A stretch of DNA of 64,000 nucleotides. Origin: Plasmodiophora brassicae (taxonomy: Eukaryota). Under the pieces are notes generated by a model, which was given only the letters and a program-made list of their open reading frames with translations, made no database searches and was not told the origin of the DNA. The stretch lies in the NCBI GenBank assembly GCA_036867785.1, contig CP145425.1:310001-374000 (forward strand), written 5' to 3'. A program made the position numbers and the translations under genes. The first letter of the stretch is position 1. Each line of letters starts with the position of its first letter. Shown piece by piece: positions 1 through 12,324 of the stretch.

Positions 1-285
1 GGGCACCTTTATGCTGTTCCGAACGGCAACGTTTGCTCCCGATGTCCAGTGCGTTTCGAATACGCCATTGCCGTCGATGTTGCCAGTGACTTTGCGCCAT
101 ACAGCATCAACCGCGAGGCTCGGGACCAAATTGTTCGGAACAATGTCGAGGAAGGTCAACAGTACTTCGACCATCCGCTTCGCCAGCGGCTGAAGCACGC
201 CAGCAAGAGCCTGTTCGGCGACTTGAACGAGCGCATGAGCCGACCGGACGCGGAAGCGCCCAAGAAGAAGCACGCCGACCACTAA
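1..285 (+). CDS. 3' end of a hypothetical protein (partial)
   Basis: Frame 1 is open from base 1 to TAA at 285 (...RFEYAIAVDVASDFAPY...KKKHADH*). No recognisable motif. Confidence 0.45.
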   Translation, partial: GHLYAVPNGNVCSRCPVRFEYAIAVDVASDFAPYSINREARDQIVRNNVEEGQQYFDHPLRQRLKHASKSLFGDLNERMSRPDAEAPKKKHADH

Positions 286-427
286 GACGACTTCTACCTC
301 CCAGGTGGGCGCGACCAGCAGGTCGCGCCCTCGGCAGTAAATCGGTCACGATTCTCGACGCCGCTAGCTGACAATCGTAGCCATAGGTGCCTGAATGGCA
401 TATGCAATCTCTTTCCAATGTTGCTAG

Positions 428-721
428 TTACGGCTGCGTCGTCGGCGTCTGCTGGCTTGACAAGCGACCATCAGCCCTGCCCGGTATCAGATAGTCTAGG
501 ACGGGGTCGGGCGCCCCGACCCACTCCAGAAACCGGAAGGACCACGGCTCTGGGATGATGGCCAACGACGCCGGGTACGGCGGGTGCTTGCGGACGAAGA
601 TCCAGATTGCAAACGGCGAACACACGCCTGTCGCCACGGTCGCGATCCCTATCTTGGTCCGCACGTGCTGCGGCATCGAATGGGGATACATCCAGTACTG
701 CAACAGCCTAGCGCGCCACAT
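428..721 (-). CDS. small hypothetical protein with one hydrophobic segment
   Basis: 97-aa ORF with a hydrophobic stretch (IGIATVATGVCSPFAIWIFV), divergent from ISCA1. May have an upstream exon. Confidence 0.35.
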   Translation of the reverse strand: MWRARLLQYWMYPHSMPQHVRTKIGIATVATGVCSPFAIWIFVRKHPPYPASLAIIPEPWSFRFLEWVGAPDPVLDYLIPGRADGRLSSQQTPTTQP

Positions 722-1012
722 CGCGCCTCGCTCGACCGCTGTGAATACCTGGCGGAACGCGTCGGTCCGCCGGATTCCGATACCCAGTTCCTGTCGCCGA
801 AAGAGGGCGCTCGGCTGGTGGTACCATTTCGGGGCACTACTTACGCCGAGACAGTGCTGTCAACTGCAGAGCTGCAATTACAGCTCCGTAGTTGACGAAC
901 CGGACAGGCACGTTGTTCACTGGTCTGGACTGGTCTGGACCGGATGAGCTCTCAAGTAGTCCGCAAAACGGGGCGGTGGCGGTGGCGGCGGTTGCACCTA
1001 TTTCGATGCCCA

Positions 1013-1557
1013 ATGCTAACGGCTGTTCTGCGTCGATGTCGAGGGCGTGCGTGGGTGTCGCCCGCGGTGCTGTATAGGGGCCTGTCGGATGAAGCAGCGC
1101 GACGTCGACCTCGTGCACCTAGGCCGGACCCGTTGGTGATCACGGAGCGGGCCGCCCAGCGTCTGGAGGACCTGCTCCGGAGTCGTTCCGATTCGTATGC
1201 GGCGTGTGGGCGACATCAGGGCGCGTCTGATGGTTGAATTAGGCTCGGTGTGCGGATTGGGATCATTCGACGCGGGTGCAATGGGCAATCGTACACGATG
1301 AAATACGCGAACGAGATTGCGCCAACGGACGAAGTCGTCAAGCAGCATGGTAAGGCGGCCAAGGTGCCAACGTGCACGTGGATCGAACCTCATATCCGAC
1401 ATTGACAGGCGTCACTGTTCTCGTTGATGGCAAGGCCCTCATGTTCCTTGTGGGGACCACAATGGACTTTGTCGAAGACGACCTCAAGGCTGAATTTGTA
1501 TTCAACAACCCAAACGTCAAAGGCATGTGTGGATGTGGGGAGAGCTGGTCCTTCTAA
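1013..1557 (+). CDS. ISCA1: iron-sulfur cluster assembly protein IscA/Isa1 (mitochondrial), spliced
   Basis: Exons encode [22 protein letters not shown] and [19 protein letters not shown]...[20 protein letters not shown] (A-type carrier Cys motifs). Arg-rich N-terminus [10 protein letters not shown]. Confidence 0.92.
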
Positions 1558-1892
1558 GATCCAGTCGGGTGTTCATCTGTCCTCTCCTGCACTTCCCTCT
1601 ACCTTATATATGTAGCTCACGGTATAGACCACTGACATGTCAACCCGGTTTTGCTTATTGTACACGCTGCCATGCATCACTGCATTGCCGGTCGAATCGT
1701 CGCAAGCTGCTACTGTAGAGGCTGTCGTATTCCAGCGGGCGTAGGACGATACGTGCCGTTAGCGACCCACTGTGTCGCTCGTCAGGTTTTCCGACGCGTA
1801 TTCTATTTCGACGCGGAACTCCGTTGGATTGCAGTGACTGCCCAGTGGCCCGTGTGCGTCGTGTGGTTCGTCTCGTGACAGCGGGCAGGGGC

Positions 1893-4800
1893 ATGTCGGA
1901 TCTGCCAGTGACGGACGCCGAGCTGGCAGAGGCGTACGGGTTCCACCTGCCGTCGTGCAGCGGTCCGCTCGTGGTCGCTGTGCAGCGCGTTCTGCACTGA
2001 TAGTGCCAGTCGTCTAGGTCGTAGATGTCCCAAGAACCCGAACTGCCAGTCCCGCATCTGGACGAAGTCGTGCTCGAAGGGCATCTGGTCGAGTACGCCG
2101 TCAGAACGGGTCTGTCGGTGCCGGTAACGCTTATTCCCTGTTGCTGAAAGACCATGATGTAGGTTGCGTTGCTGAGATCCCAAGTGGATGACCTGATGCC
2201 CCGATCGCCAACGATGCCGGTCGGGCTTCGCAATATGGGCGCCACCTGCTATATCAATTCGCTGCTGCAACTCCTATTCGCCAATCGACGATTTCGAAAC
2301 GGTATCCTGACGTTTGACGGGGACGGCGATCCGATTGTGAGCGAGCTTCGGAAACTGTTTGCCCGGTTGTCGCTGTCACAGGCACAGAGCATCGCGCCTG
2401 TCGATTTCATCGAAGCGCTGCAACTGGATATCAATGTACATCAAGACCTGCACGAGTTCAACAAACTTCTCTTGGCACATATCCAGGTTGGCATCTGTCT
2501 TGTTGTCGATACTGGTCGGTTTGATTCGGGACTCAGGAGCGCATGCGCCCCCTATCCCTTGTCGAAGACGAATTCCATGGACAGTATGAGTACGTGACAA
2601 CGTGTCAGGGATGTGGAACGATAACGACTCGCTCGGAATCGTTTCCTGACCTGCAGCTGAACATCAAGGAAACCCTGCAAGCGAGGTACACGTGCAGAGT
2701 GCTGTTACTGCATGTCAATTGCTCAGGGCCGTTAGCATGGACGAACTGACGCAGATTGAGGTGCTGGACGGCTCAAACGCGTTCTACTGCAACGTATGCA
2801 AATGCAAGTGCACAGCGCGCAGGTGTCTTCGGCTGACAAGGCTTCCTCGCGTACTCAACCTGCACCTGCTTCGCTTCGTATTCGACAAGACGTCGCTATC
2901 GAAAAAGAAGGTCGGCCAGGTTCACGTACATTGTGCAGCGCTCATGTACTGGAACGGTTGCAGGTGAAGTCCCCCACAGAAATACCCAAGCAGATGGACT
3001 TCAGTCGGTGGACGTCTGGTGAATCGGCGACCTACGAGGCAGTTGCTGTCCTTCGTCACCTGGGCTCGTCTGCTGATAGCGGCCATTTCGTTGCCGATAT
3101 CCGCAACGCAGATGGGACCGCGTGGCACTCGTTCAACGACGAAACCGTAGTGATTCTACCTGGGTTTCCTGCTGTGATGTGACGATGGTTTCGTGTCAGG
3201 TCGAAGTGATGAAGGAGGGCTCGTTTATCCAGAATGATGCGGTTCGGTCTACGACGGCATATCTCGTTGTTTATGCCCGGGCTGCAGATAGCGATGAACG
3301 CGATTCGACCTGTCCAGTCACCAAGGAACTGTCAGACCTTGTCGACGTGCAGAATGAGGACATGGCGAAAGGTCTTGCTGAAAGGACTGCAGAACTCTGC
3401 CAACTTGTACAGGCATGGCTTCAGTAACGCCGTTCGCATGCTGCTTATTGTGTGATCCCTCCAGGAAGAGCAGGTTACTGGACGAAAGCATGCGGTCGCG
3501 CTTGCGTTTGACGGAGAACACCCACCCGTTGAACCATTACTGGCAGCCGAGCCTGGCGGTTTGGACTCGTCCGCCGTTGTCCTTCCGCTGGTCTGGGCAG
3601 TTGACTGGGCGAGGGGTGTCGACATTCCTGACCTGCTCGAACCTCCCGATTTCGCATCGCTGCTGTGCACCCACGGTTGTCTCGACCCTTTGAAGTCTGG
3701 GTATCCACATTTCTGCTTTCTTCGTCGCGTCTGACACTGACACTTGCTATCTAGTTCCATGGTGCGTATCAGCTTGAGAACGTGGAGTACGATATCGGCG
3801 ACGTTGCCGACTGACACTCCTGCGGCGCCACCCACTCACCGTTTATGTCGCCCATGTGTCTTTGAAGCCACACGTGGCTCTCGACTATTGGAAGCGATCG
3901 AGTCGTTCCTGCAGTCTGACCTTCAAAGAGACCCAAACGCACGTTGGATAAGGTCGAAATGCTTATCCGACGTGTGACCCAGACCAACTCAGTCTCCGTT
4001 CTTTGCAGCAAACCCTTCATGTCACAGTTGAAGAAGTCGCTCAAGGATCCGTCCCCGTCGAATCCTGCGCCCGACCGCGCGTCGTCTACGATGTGGGAGG
4101 GCGTGCTGTGCGCGCACGGCGGCTTGACAAACTCTAAGCAAGGCCGGACGCTAATCAGCGTCGACGTGCGCGAGCTGATGATCGGGCACGGCTATTCAGA
4201 CGAGTCACTCTTGCCGGCAACCGCGACCGTTTGCGAACTGTGCCTGGAGCAGAAACTCCAGACACAGATGACGCGACGCGATGCCGTCGATGAGTTGAAA
4301 CGTGAACGGCAACTCGTTCGAGAATCGCTCAAGCTGACCGGCTCCCCGCCCGGTGATTACATTGTGTTGCCGATGGCCTGGTTTGACGCATGGTCGATAT
4401 TCACAAAGACAGACCGAGGAGGTCCAGCTGGCCAGCGCCCCGGGCCGATCATTACCGAGTCGATGCTGTGCACTGCACATGGCAAGCTCGTCTGCGACAC
4501 GCCATGGACGGGAAACGTTTACAACAGCATGGCCGATCGCGCTGTTCGCCTCTTTCTGAAGAACGAATTCGACGTCGTCGTCGAACGATACGGCATTGTT
4601 GGTCCCGCCGTCTCCGTCACGATCCACCATGACGGCTCTTCATCGACCGCGCCCGAAGTCTGCCACGCTTGCACGCACGAGGACAGGTTCATCTATCAAG
4701 GCGCTGGGATTCGTGCTATTGCTAGCAACGATGCGGAGACCGCTCGGCAATCGTAAGCGGAGCACGCCTCACTGGAACCCATCAATCTGACCAGGGCCAA

Positions 4801-5231
4801 CTGGCAGGCACTCACGTAAACGCAGTCGGCGCAGCGTGGGCCTGCCGCCGATCGATTTGCAGGTCAACTCGACCGATTCGATCTACGAGCTGAAGCTGAG
4901 GCTCCTCGAGCACTGGGATGTCCCGCCAGACCGGCAGCACATTCTTGGCCCGGATGGTGCAGAACTGTCCGACTCGTTGACGCTGGAGGTGGTTGCCGCG
5001 TGTGGTGATCTGGTATTGCATGCGCTCCCTGGCTGAGTTGTCGTTGCACAGCAATGTGAAATCCCCAGAGGGACGACCGTGACGGTGATCGTTGATCCGA
5101 TTGGGGACGATGATCCCGACACGGAGCTGCTGACCCTGCACATTCCCGAAGAGCGGCGCAGCCAGAGGAAGGAGACGGGATTCGCGGGCACAGCGCTGAA
5201 CCCGACCTGCAATGGCGAGACGACCCGCTGA
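1893..5231 (+). CDS. USP48: ubiquitin C-terminal hydrolase, USP48/UBP26-like, multi-exon
   Basis: Cys box GLRNMGATCYINSLLQ, His box HLGSSADSGHF...WHSFNDE, N-terminal CPKNPNC, DUSP-like WFDAW..PGPI..LCTAHG, C-terminal ubiquitin-like domain and terminal ETGFAGTAL. Confidence 0.85.
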
Positions 5232-5362
5232 GCGGCACTCTGTCTACCCACATTCTACATCAATTCTATTTATGCGTTTATATGTAAATATGTACATGTC
5301 GTTCGTCACAGCATCATAAATACGGCCCTCCCCCCGATGGACGCGTGCGCGGCTGAGTCGCG

Positions 5363-6194
5363 CTACTGTATAGAGCAGCAATGTTTCGGCAGCGCTGTAC
5401 AGATACCGTCGTCAACTTCGGCGAATGCAAACGCACAGCGCGCGCACACCTTTCGTTTGCTTGTAGAACTGTTTCGACCGGGCGGACAGGTCCTCCGACT
5501 TGTGGACAAGCATGTCGAGGTCGTCGCCTCGGCCCAGCGTCTGCTCGATGTTCTTGTGCATGATCCGCTTCACGTCGTCGATCTCCCGGAGCGTTTGCCC
5601 GACCTTATCGTCGGGGTTCTGATACTGCCGAAGGGCGTCCTTGAGCCAGGGGAAGTCGTACATCTTGTCAGCCTTCTCCGACTTCCAGTCTGAACACATC
5701 CGTGTGCTCAGCGCCGCGGCCTGACGCGATCGCTGTGGACGCACACACCTTTGAACGTTTCTTCGAATTTCTGCAGCGTGAGTGTGACCAGCGAGTGCGC
5801 CTTGCGGTCTGGGTACTCCTGGTCGGTCATCACGAACGCGATGAGACCGTTCCCCTTGAGGAAGTAATGCGCCGTGTGGCCTGTCCGATGACCATCACCT
5901 CACGATCCTGCAGGGCGGCACGTCAACAGCGCAGACCTTCGTGATCCAGGCTGCTGCGCTCGCCAACGATCGCCTTCTTGGCCGTGTTCCGCGCCAGGAA
6001 CACCGACATTTCCTGGACACTACGTACGAACGGCCGCCCCTCAATCAGTTCGAGGGACGGTATCGGCCGGGATCGTGCTGCGACCTCTTCCGCTGGAAAT
6101 ACGAGAAGCTGGACACGTCGTGTTCCGCGGCCAGGATGATCGGGTCGGGCAGCGTCGGCTGCGCCGACAGCACCACCATGCTGATCAGCTTCAT
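5363..6194 (-). CDS. YKT6: longin R-SNARE YKT6, spliced
   Basis: DVSSFSYFQR..SVQEM, TDQEYP, SNARE motif IMHKNIEQTLGRGDDLDMLVHKSEDLSARSKQFYK, and C-terminal CCSIQ* (CCaaX). Confidence 0.93.
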
Positions 6195-6548
6195 CGCCCA
6201 CGAGACCCGGCTAATATCGACGCCAACCCTCCCCCCGGACAGCGATCGTCGCGGTCGTACCTCTGGCCGCTGTGACTCGAGTCGGTTTTCCCGTCGCGCG
6301 CGATATATCGCGTCATGGGACGACATGCATGACGTCCCACAAATAGCCTGAGACGGCAGGCACGGGTCTGCCATCTCATCGTTACCTATAACAGTTTTAA
6401 TGGATTCGTCACTTCCCACACCCAATGCATACCAACGGGGCAGTCGTAAGGGTCGTCTGGCGCCGTGAGTCACTGCCCGTTGCCTCTGGCGATCACGTTC
6501 CGCGCTGGTCGCCCTGGGCATACTTGCCTTGCAGCAGCGCGAGCCGAC

Positions 6549-7586
6549 ATGGGCTGCTGTTCGTTCCTGACGGAGAGTTGCGCCTGCTGCGCGAACACGT
6601 GCGCCTGCTGCGCCAGCAGTTGCACGTGCCTGACCGCATGCACGGTCTGCTGCGGCGTCTGCTGCTGTGCCGACAAGCGCGACCGTCGCCGCAGCCACAG
6701 CGCCGATCGACGTCGACGTCGGCCACTTGCCGCGTCGACCCCGCCGTCCAGGGTGCTCCTCGAAGACCTCCTCAAGCTGATCACGATCTGCGCCGGCGAC
6801 TCGACGCCCAAGACGGTGGCAACGTCGTTAGACACCGGGGAGGTCGCCCTGAGCCGCCACGCCGCGTTCGTCAAACAGGCACGATGCGGGCAGGCGAGCG
6901 TGACGGCCATCGAGGTGCACGACAGGGACCTGCTGGTCCACCACCACGTTGCCGAGGTGCAGACCAACCCGGAGATGATCCTCGTGTTCCACGCGGACGG
7001 CGTACCGAGCGCCGTCGTCGACATTGACGACTACGAGCTGGAGCCGTTCGCCGAGGCGCAGGGCATCGACGTCGACGCTGCCGTCCACAGCGGCATTGCC
7101 GGTCTGTGGCGATCCGTCTACGAGGACGTGACCGAGACCGTCCAGCTGTTCATCAAGGAGCACCCGCACGGGACGGTCGTGGCGACCGGGTGGGGCGCCG
7201 GCGGTGCCATGGCCGCCCTGCATGCCCTGTTCACGCAGACGCAGCTGGTCCTGGGCGCGCGCCTCACGTTCGTCAGCTTTGGCGCCATGCGCATCGGAAA
7301 CGGGCGGTTCCAGCAGGAATTCGACCGCCTGATCCACGAGGGGCACGCGTACCGCATCGTGAACAACAGGGACGAGGTCCCCGAGTACATGCGGGGCGGG
7401 CTGTTCGCCGGGTCCCGCCTGCAACACTGCGGCCAGGTCGTCCACATGCGCCGCGAACGCGTCTGCGATCGGTACTGGGCAGGGTGCAAGCGCGCGTGCA
7501 AGTCCCTACGGTACGACGACCACGACGTGCACGCGTACCAGATGCGCGTTGCGTCGTGGGACGGGCGCTTCCTCCGCTTGCAGTAG
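6549..7586 (+). CDS. lipase class 3-like protein lacking the catalytic Ser, with Cys-rich N-terminus
   Basis: VHSG, VVATGWGAGG (GxSxG position), SFGAMRIGN, RIVNNRDEVP and DH..HAY match the Lipase_3 order of motifs. N-terminus is MGCC with 16 Cys in 40 aa. Confidence 0.75.
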   Translation: MGCCSFLTESCACCANTCACCASSCTCLTACTVCCGVCCCADKRDRRRSHSADRRRRRPLAASTPPSRVLLEDLLKLITICAGDSTPKTVATSLDTGEVALSRHAAFVKQARCGQASVTAIEVHDRDLLVHHHVAEVQTNPEMILVFHADGVPSAVVDIDDYELEPFAEAQGIDVDAAVHSGIAGLWRSVYEDVTETVQLFIKEHPHGTVVATGWGAGGAMAALHALFTQTQLVLGARLTFVSFGAMRIGNGRFQQEFDRLIHEGHAYRIVNNRDEVPEYMRGGLFAGSRLQHCGQVVHMRRERVCDRYWAGCKRACKSLRYDDHDVHAYQMRVASWDGRFLRLQ

Positions 7587-7655
7587 GATACAAACGACCA
7601 CCCCCCGGGTCTCTGAAACGTGCCTTGTTATTGCGACCGTTGCTGTTGTCCCACG

Positions 7656-8735
7656 TCAGGCAGGGCATGTCCACCAGGACGTTTCCCAGCAGTCCAGGTA
7701 CCGGCACCAGGGGCAGATGGTGTAGCCGTGCACCTTCGAGACGAAGAGGAGGTAGGCGAGGCCGCCGGCGTACGCCAGCGCGAGGACCGCGAACGCAACG
7801 CAGAGGGCCAGCGTTCGGCTGTTGTACTTGAGCCAGGGCTGGCCGCGAATGGTTTGGAATCGCGACAGGCAGACCATGCTGAACAGGACGCCGCCGATGA
7901 ACCCGCCAATGTGCGCAAAGTTGTTCAGCATCGGGTGCAGACCCAGGCCCAGGCCGACGATGGACGAGACGAGGAAGACGGCGAAGAAGGTCCAGCGGGA
8001 CGGGCCCAGGTCGGCGTAGTAATGGACGAAATACGCCAGGTCCGACCCGAACAGGCCGAACAGGGCGCCCGATGCGCCCACCGTGACCTGGTTCGAAAGG
8101 CCGAACACGGCAGAGGCGAACGACCCACACAGGCCGGAGAAGAGGTACAGGGACAGGAACGTCAACAACCCGTGCTCGAGTTCAATGTCGGAACCTGCGC
8201 GATAGAGCGCGCCCATGTTCAGCAGGAGATGAACGATACCGGCGTGCAGCCAGATGGACGTGAACAGTCGCCAGTGCTCGCCGTCGTCGACGATCGCTGC
8301 CCGCGACCCAGAGAAGCGCTGCAGGACGCTGGTAGGCGGCCCTATCACTGCATACGGGTCAGCCCAGGCGTCCGCAGGTCGCACCGATCCATACGCTGGT
8401 TGTGCTGGAAGTCGTCGACGGCCCACCCGCCCATTGCAAACAGCGCAACCATAAGCGCCTGACAGCAAACACGAGCGCAACAGCATGTCAGCGACAGGCG
8501 AACGGCAGACGAACGGGACGACGCCTACGATATTGGCGGCAATGAAAGCGTACGTGCACCAGGGTCGGCGGGCGGCGGCCTTGCGCAGCGGGAACGACGG
8601 CGTCGCCGCCGTCGAGTACATGTCCATGGAGAAGGCGGCGCCGCCGTCGCAGTCCAGCACGTCGGTCGACAGCCGGATGGCACCGGCCGGCGCCATCCGG
8701 CTGCCGGATTCGGCGCAGCACACGAACCCGCCCAT
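7656..8735 (-). CDS. rhomboid intramembrane serine protease
   Basis: GEHWRLFTSIWLHAGIVHLLLN, catalytic VGASGA, NFAHIGG and C-terminal CPWCRYLDC. Start is uncertain and one intron is likely. Confidence 0.92.
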   Translation of the reverse strand: MGGFVCCAESGSRMAPAGAIRLSTDVLDCDGGAAFSMDMYSTAATPSFPLRKAAARRPWCTYAFIAANIVGVVPFVCRSPVADMLLRSCLLSGAYGCAVCNGRVGRRRLPAQPAYGSVRPADAWADPYAVIGPPTSVLQRFSGSRAAIVDDGEHWRLFTSIWLHAGIVHLLLNMGALYRAGSDIELEHGLLTFLSLYLFSGLCGSFASAVFGLSNQVTVGASGALFGLFGSDLAYFVHYYADLGPSRWTFFAVFLVSSIVGLGLGLHPMLNNFAHIGGFIGGVLFSMVCLSRFQTIRGQPWLKYNSRTLALCVAFAVLALAYAGGLAYLLFVSKVHGYTICPWCRYLDCWETSWWTCPA

Positions 8736-8933
8736 ACGCTACGAAGGATGTACCGATGGACGGCGTCGGGGCGTGATTCCGCGTCACCGGCGACTGCGGG
8801 ATCCCGCGGCAGACGCCGCCGCGGTTACAGCGCAATTCTATTCTTGGCCATCGGGGGTGCGTTTTGCGGAGGAAGCGGCGGCGCTTTTATGGAGGTTGGG
8901 GGGAAGGACGGCCCAGTGTGTGTGTGTACGTAG

Positions 8934-9488
8934 CTAGACGTTGGCCTCGTTGCCGGTGTCCTTTTCGAACCGCTCGGCGGCCTCGTGTTCGTCGGTCTCT
9001 TTGCTGAGCGTCGAGCAGCACTTGGGGCACTTTGTCGCTTCCAGCTTGATGTCCTCGCAGCAGTACCTGCACGTGCGCTTCTTGATGTGGAACGCCTTGA
9101 GGTAGGTTTTCATGACGAAGAACAGCATGATGGAGAGGATGAAGAAGTTGAGGAGCTGCTGCAGGAACCGGCCGTAGTTCCAGGTCACCGTGCCGTCCTT
9201 CGCCGCCTGCTCCAGGGTGGGCATCGAGTTCCCGTACCGCCAGTGGCAGTAGCTGCGAAGGCCCCATCCCATTCGCCCCTGCGCGTCGCTGCATTTGATG
9301 ATCAAGAAGTTCTCCTCGAGCTTGTACGGGAAGATGATCGACACGAGCGGCAGGAACAGGTCCGACGTCATGGACGTCACGATGCTGTTGAACCCCGCGC
9401 CCATGACCACACCGATCGCCATCTCCACGGCGCCGCCGCGCTGCAGGAACGCCTTGAACTCATTGAGCAGCTTGACCTTGATCCTCAT
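8934..9488 (-). CDS. mscL: large-conductance mechanosensitive channel MscL with C-terminal CxxC...CxxC
   Basis: LNEFKAFLQRGGAVEMAIGVVMGAGFNSIVTSMTSDLFLP (S1+TM1), NYGRFLQQLLNFFIL (TM2), CRYC...CPKC tail. Intronless. Confidence 0.92.
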   Translation of the reverse strand: MRIKVKLLNEFKAFLQRGGAVEMAIGVVMGAGFNSIVTSMTSDLFLPLVSIIFPYKLEENFLIIKCSDAQGRMGWGLRSYCHWRYGNSMPTLEQAAKDGTVTWNYGRFLQQLLNFFILSIMLFFVMKTYLKAFHIKKRTCRYCCEDIKLEATKCPKCCSTLSKETDEHEAAERFEKDTGNEANV

Positions 9489-9756
9489 GGTCGCCCGGTT
9501 TCGATATCGCCTCAGCGGGGCAGTTTGGATTGTGTGTCGTGCCTGCAGCCGGAACCGCCCGGAACGATGCCGCCCGAGTACGTCGCCGTGACTCACGCCT
9601 GTGACCCCATTAACCTGACGAGCTGCATTCCGGGGTACGTCGCCCCCCGCGCGGGCAGCTTCGGCACTGCGTCCGTTGGTTCGTCACAACACGACACAGC
9701 GTGGCGTGGTGGCGCCCGAGGATATTTTCCAAACGCCGTACGTCGGGCCGGCGGTG

Positions 9757-11930
9757 ATGATGTCGCGAGTTCGCGATGCGCCGCTGACTGCGCTGCGCCG
9801 GGTGATGGCCGACCAGGCCGTCGCCGCCTGTATCGTGCCGTCCGAGGACGCGCACCAGTCCGAGTACGTTGCTCCCGCCGCCGAGGTGCGGTGTTGCTGT
9901 GCGTGTCGTCCCGGGGGAACTGCCGGTCACGTGTGTGTGTGCAGAGGCGAAGGTTCCTGTCCGGGTTCACGGGATCGGCGGGGACGGCGGTTGTGACCGC
10001 GACCCAGGCGCTGCTGTGGACGGATGGACGGTACTTCGACCAGGCGACGAACGAGCTGTCGTCGTCCTGGACGCTGATGCGCCAGGGGAATGCCGATGTG
10101 CCGCAGATCCACGAGTGGCTGGCATCCAACCTGACACGTGACGCGAGAATCGCAGGTCGGGCATTCGTGGCGTCCGGCGCGGTGACGGCTAAGCGCTCGT
10201 GTTCAGTGGACCCGTTTGTGACGTCGCTCAGCGTGTTTCGAACCCTAACTGGGGCGGGGCTTGCCGAGATCACGCCGATCACGCCGAACCTTGTCGACAC
10301 GGTCTGGGACGACAAGCCTGACGCGCCTGCCGATCCTGTCTTCACACACCCGCGAGAGTATTCCGGTATCGGGTCCACGTTGCGTCGTCGAACATGTACT
10401 GACGGATGGCGCACCAGGCGAAAGTACTCAGGACAAGCTCGCTGCGGTTCGCAAACGCCTGGAAGAGAAGGGCGCTTTCGCATTTGTCGTGTGCGCTCTC
10501 GACGAAGTGGCATGGCTGCTCAACCTACGGGGGTCGGACATCGCGTTCAACCCTGTGTTCTTCTCGTATGCGATCGTGACGATGGACGACGTGCTGCTGT
10601 TCATCGACAGCAACAAACTGTCGACGGACGTTGCCGACTACCTCGGTGGGTTGTCCGTTCAAGTGCTACCGTACGACGCCATCGTAACGGAGCTGTCGCG
10701 GCTTCCTGTTCCTGAGGGCAAGAAGATCTGGATCGATCCTTTGCAGTGCTCGTTGGCGCTGTTCAACGCCATCAGGAAGACGCCGATTCTGGAGTTGCAA
10801 TCCCCAGTCTGCGAGTTGAAGGCCATTAAGAACGATGTGGAATTAGAGGGATTCCGGCAGTGTCACATCCGCGATGGCGCTGCCGTCTGCCAGTTCCTGT
10901 GCTGGCTTGAGGCTCAGGTCAAGGCGGGCGCGCCCATTGACGAGATTAGCGCTGCTGACAAGCTCGAAGCCTTCCGCAAGCACCGGCGCCTGTTCAAAGG
11001 ACTATCATTCTCAACCATTCCGGGGTCAGGCCCGAATGGCGCCATCATCCACTACCACCCAACGGCCCAGACGAAGCGTCCCGTGACGTCGAATGAGATG
11101 TTCCTGCTCGATTCGGGTGGACAATATTTAGACGGGACGACCGACGTGACAAGGACGGTGCACTTTGGCGAACCTACTCAGCACGAAGTTGACTGCTTCA
11201 CGAGGGTTCTGATTGGACATATTCGTCTCGCCATGGCGACATTTCCTGGTGGCACAACGGGGCATCAGCTCGACTGCTTGGCACGGACGTCGCTGTGGTC
11301 GGTGGGGCTGAATTTCAACCATGGGACCGGCCATGGCGTTGGCGCCTTCCTGAATGTCCATGAGTACGTGAGCACGCAGCCATTGGTCGTTGCGACTCGC
11401 GCTGACGTCGCTCGAACGTGTCAGGGGTCCCCATGGCATCAGTCACTTGCTGAGACGGATTGCTGTCGCGACTTCTCCTCTGAAAGCGGGCATGACGGTC
11501 TGCTTTGCGAATTGTCCCCCAACCCTATGCTGGTGCTGATGCCCTTCAGGTGACGAACGAACCTGGATACTACGAGACGGGGAGGTTTGGCATCCGAACG
11601 GAAAGTGTCATGCTGGTGCGCCCTCAGAAGACGCAACACGAGTTCGGGTCTGCAGGATGGCTTGGTTTCGAAACGGTACGTTCGCGCGCGGTCGGTTTGC
11701 TCAGCCTCATATCTGATCGCGCTTCGATGAAGGTCACGATGGTCCCGCTGCAGGCGTCGTTGATGAACCTTGACCTGATGAGCGACGCCGAAATCGAATG
11801 GGTGAACAACTACCACGCGGAATGCCTGGAGAAGCTAGCGCCAGAACTAGGTGATGATCGTGATACGCTTGCCTGGCTCCGCAAAGCCTGCAGGCCGCTC
11901 CGGCCGGCCAAGCCTCTCCATCAGCAGTGA
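9757..11930 (+). CDS. XPNPEP1: Xaa-Pro aminopeptidase (aminopeptidase P, M24B), multi-exon
   Basis: VPSEDAHQSEY, LSGFTGSAG, LWTDGRY, WLLNLRGSDI, DSGGQYLDGTTDVTRT, HGTGHGVG..LNVHE and NEPGYY..FGIRTE. Confidence 0.95.
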
Positions 11931-12324
11931 TCATCTGGTAGCCAAACACTATTCGGGCTGTTGTCTATTCCATACATTATAACGTACCAGCGGAACGGCT
12001 CGCGCGATGTCGTATTGACGACGGCGGCCATGTGGCTGGCGCCCGCACAGGACGGCCGACCTCGGCGGGATGTGAACGTCATGCTGCATAACGGTGACGC
12101 AAACGTGTTTGTAAATTTGGATCATCGCGCTGCTCAGAGGATACCGACGCGCCAGATAGGCCATTGATGTCGCTGTACAGTCGGGGCGGGGCGTCCTGCA
12201 GAGCCTGGGCCGCTCGGGGTGTACCCGGAATCTCCTCCCGAAGTTTCATTTCGTAAACGAGGCGGCATTACGATGGCTTCATTACTGGTTCCGGGATGGA
12301 TGGGATCGCACAATTGCATAATGA

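Noticed and set aside
8985-10715. 576-aa + strand ORF
   Set aside because: Chimera of MscL antisense and unspliced aminopeptidase exons; long shadow ORFs are expected at this GC content.
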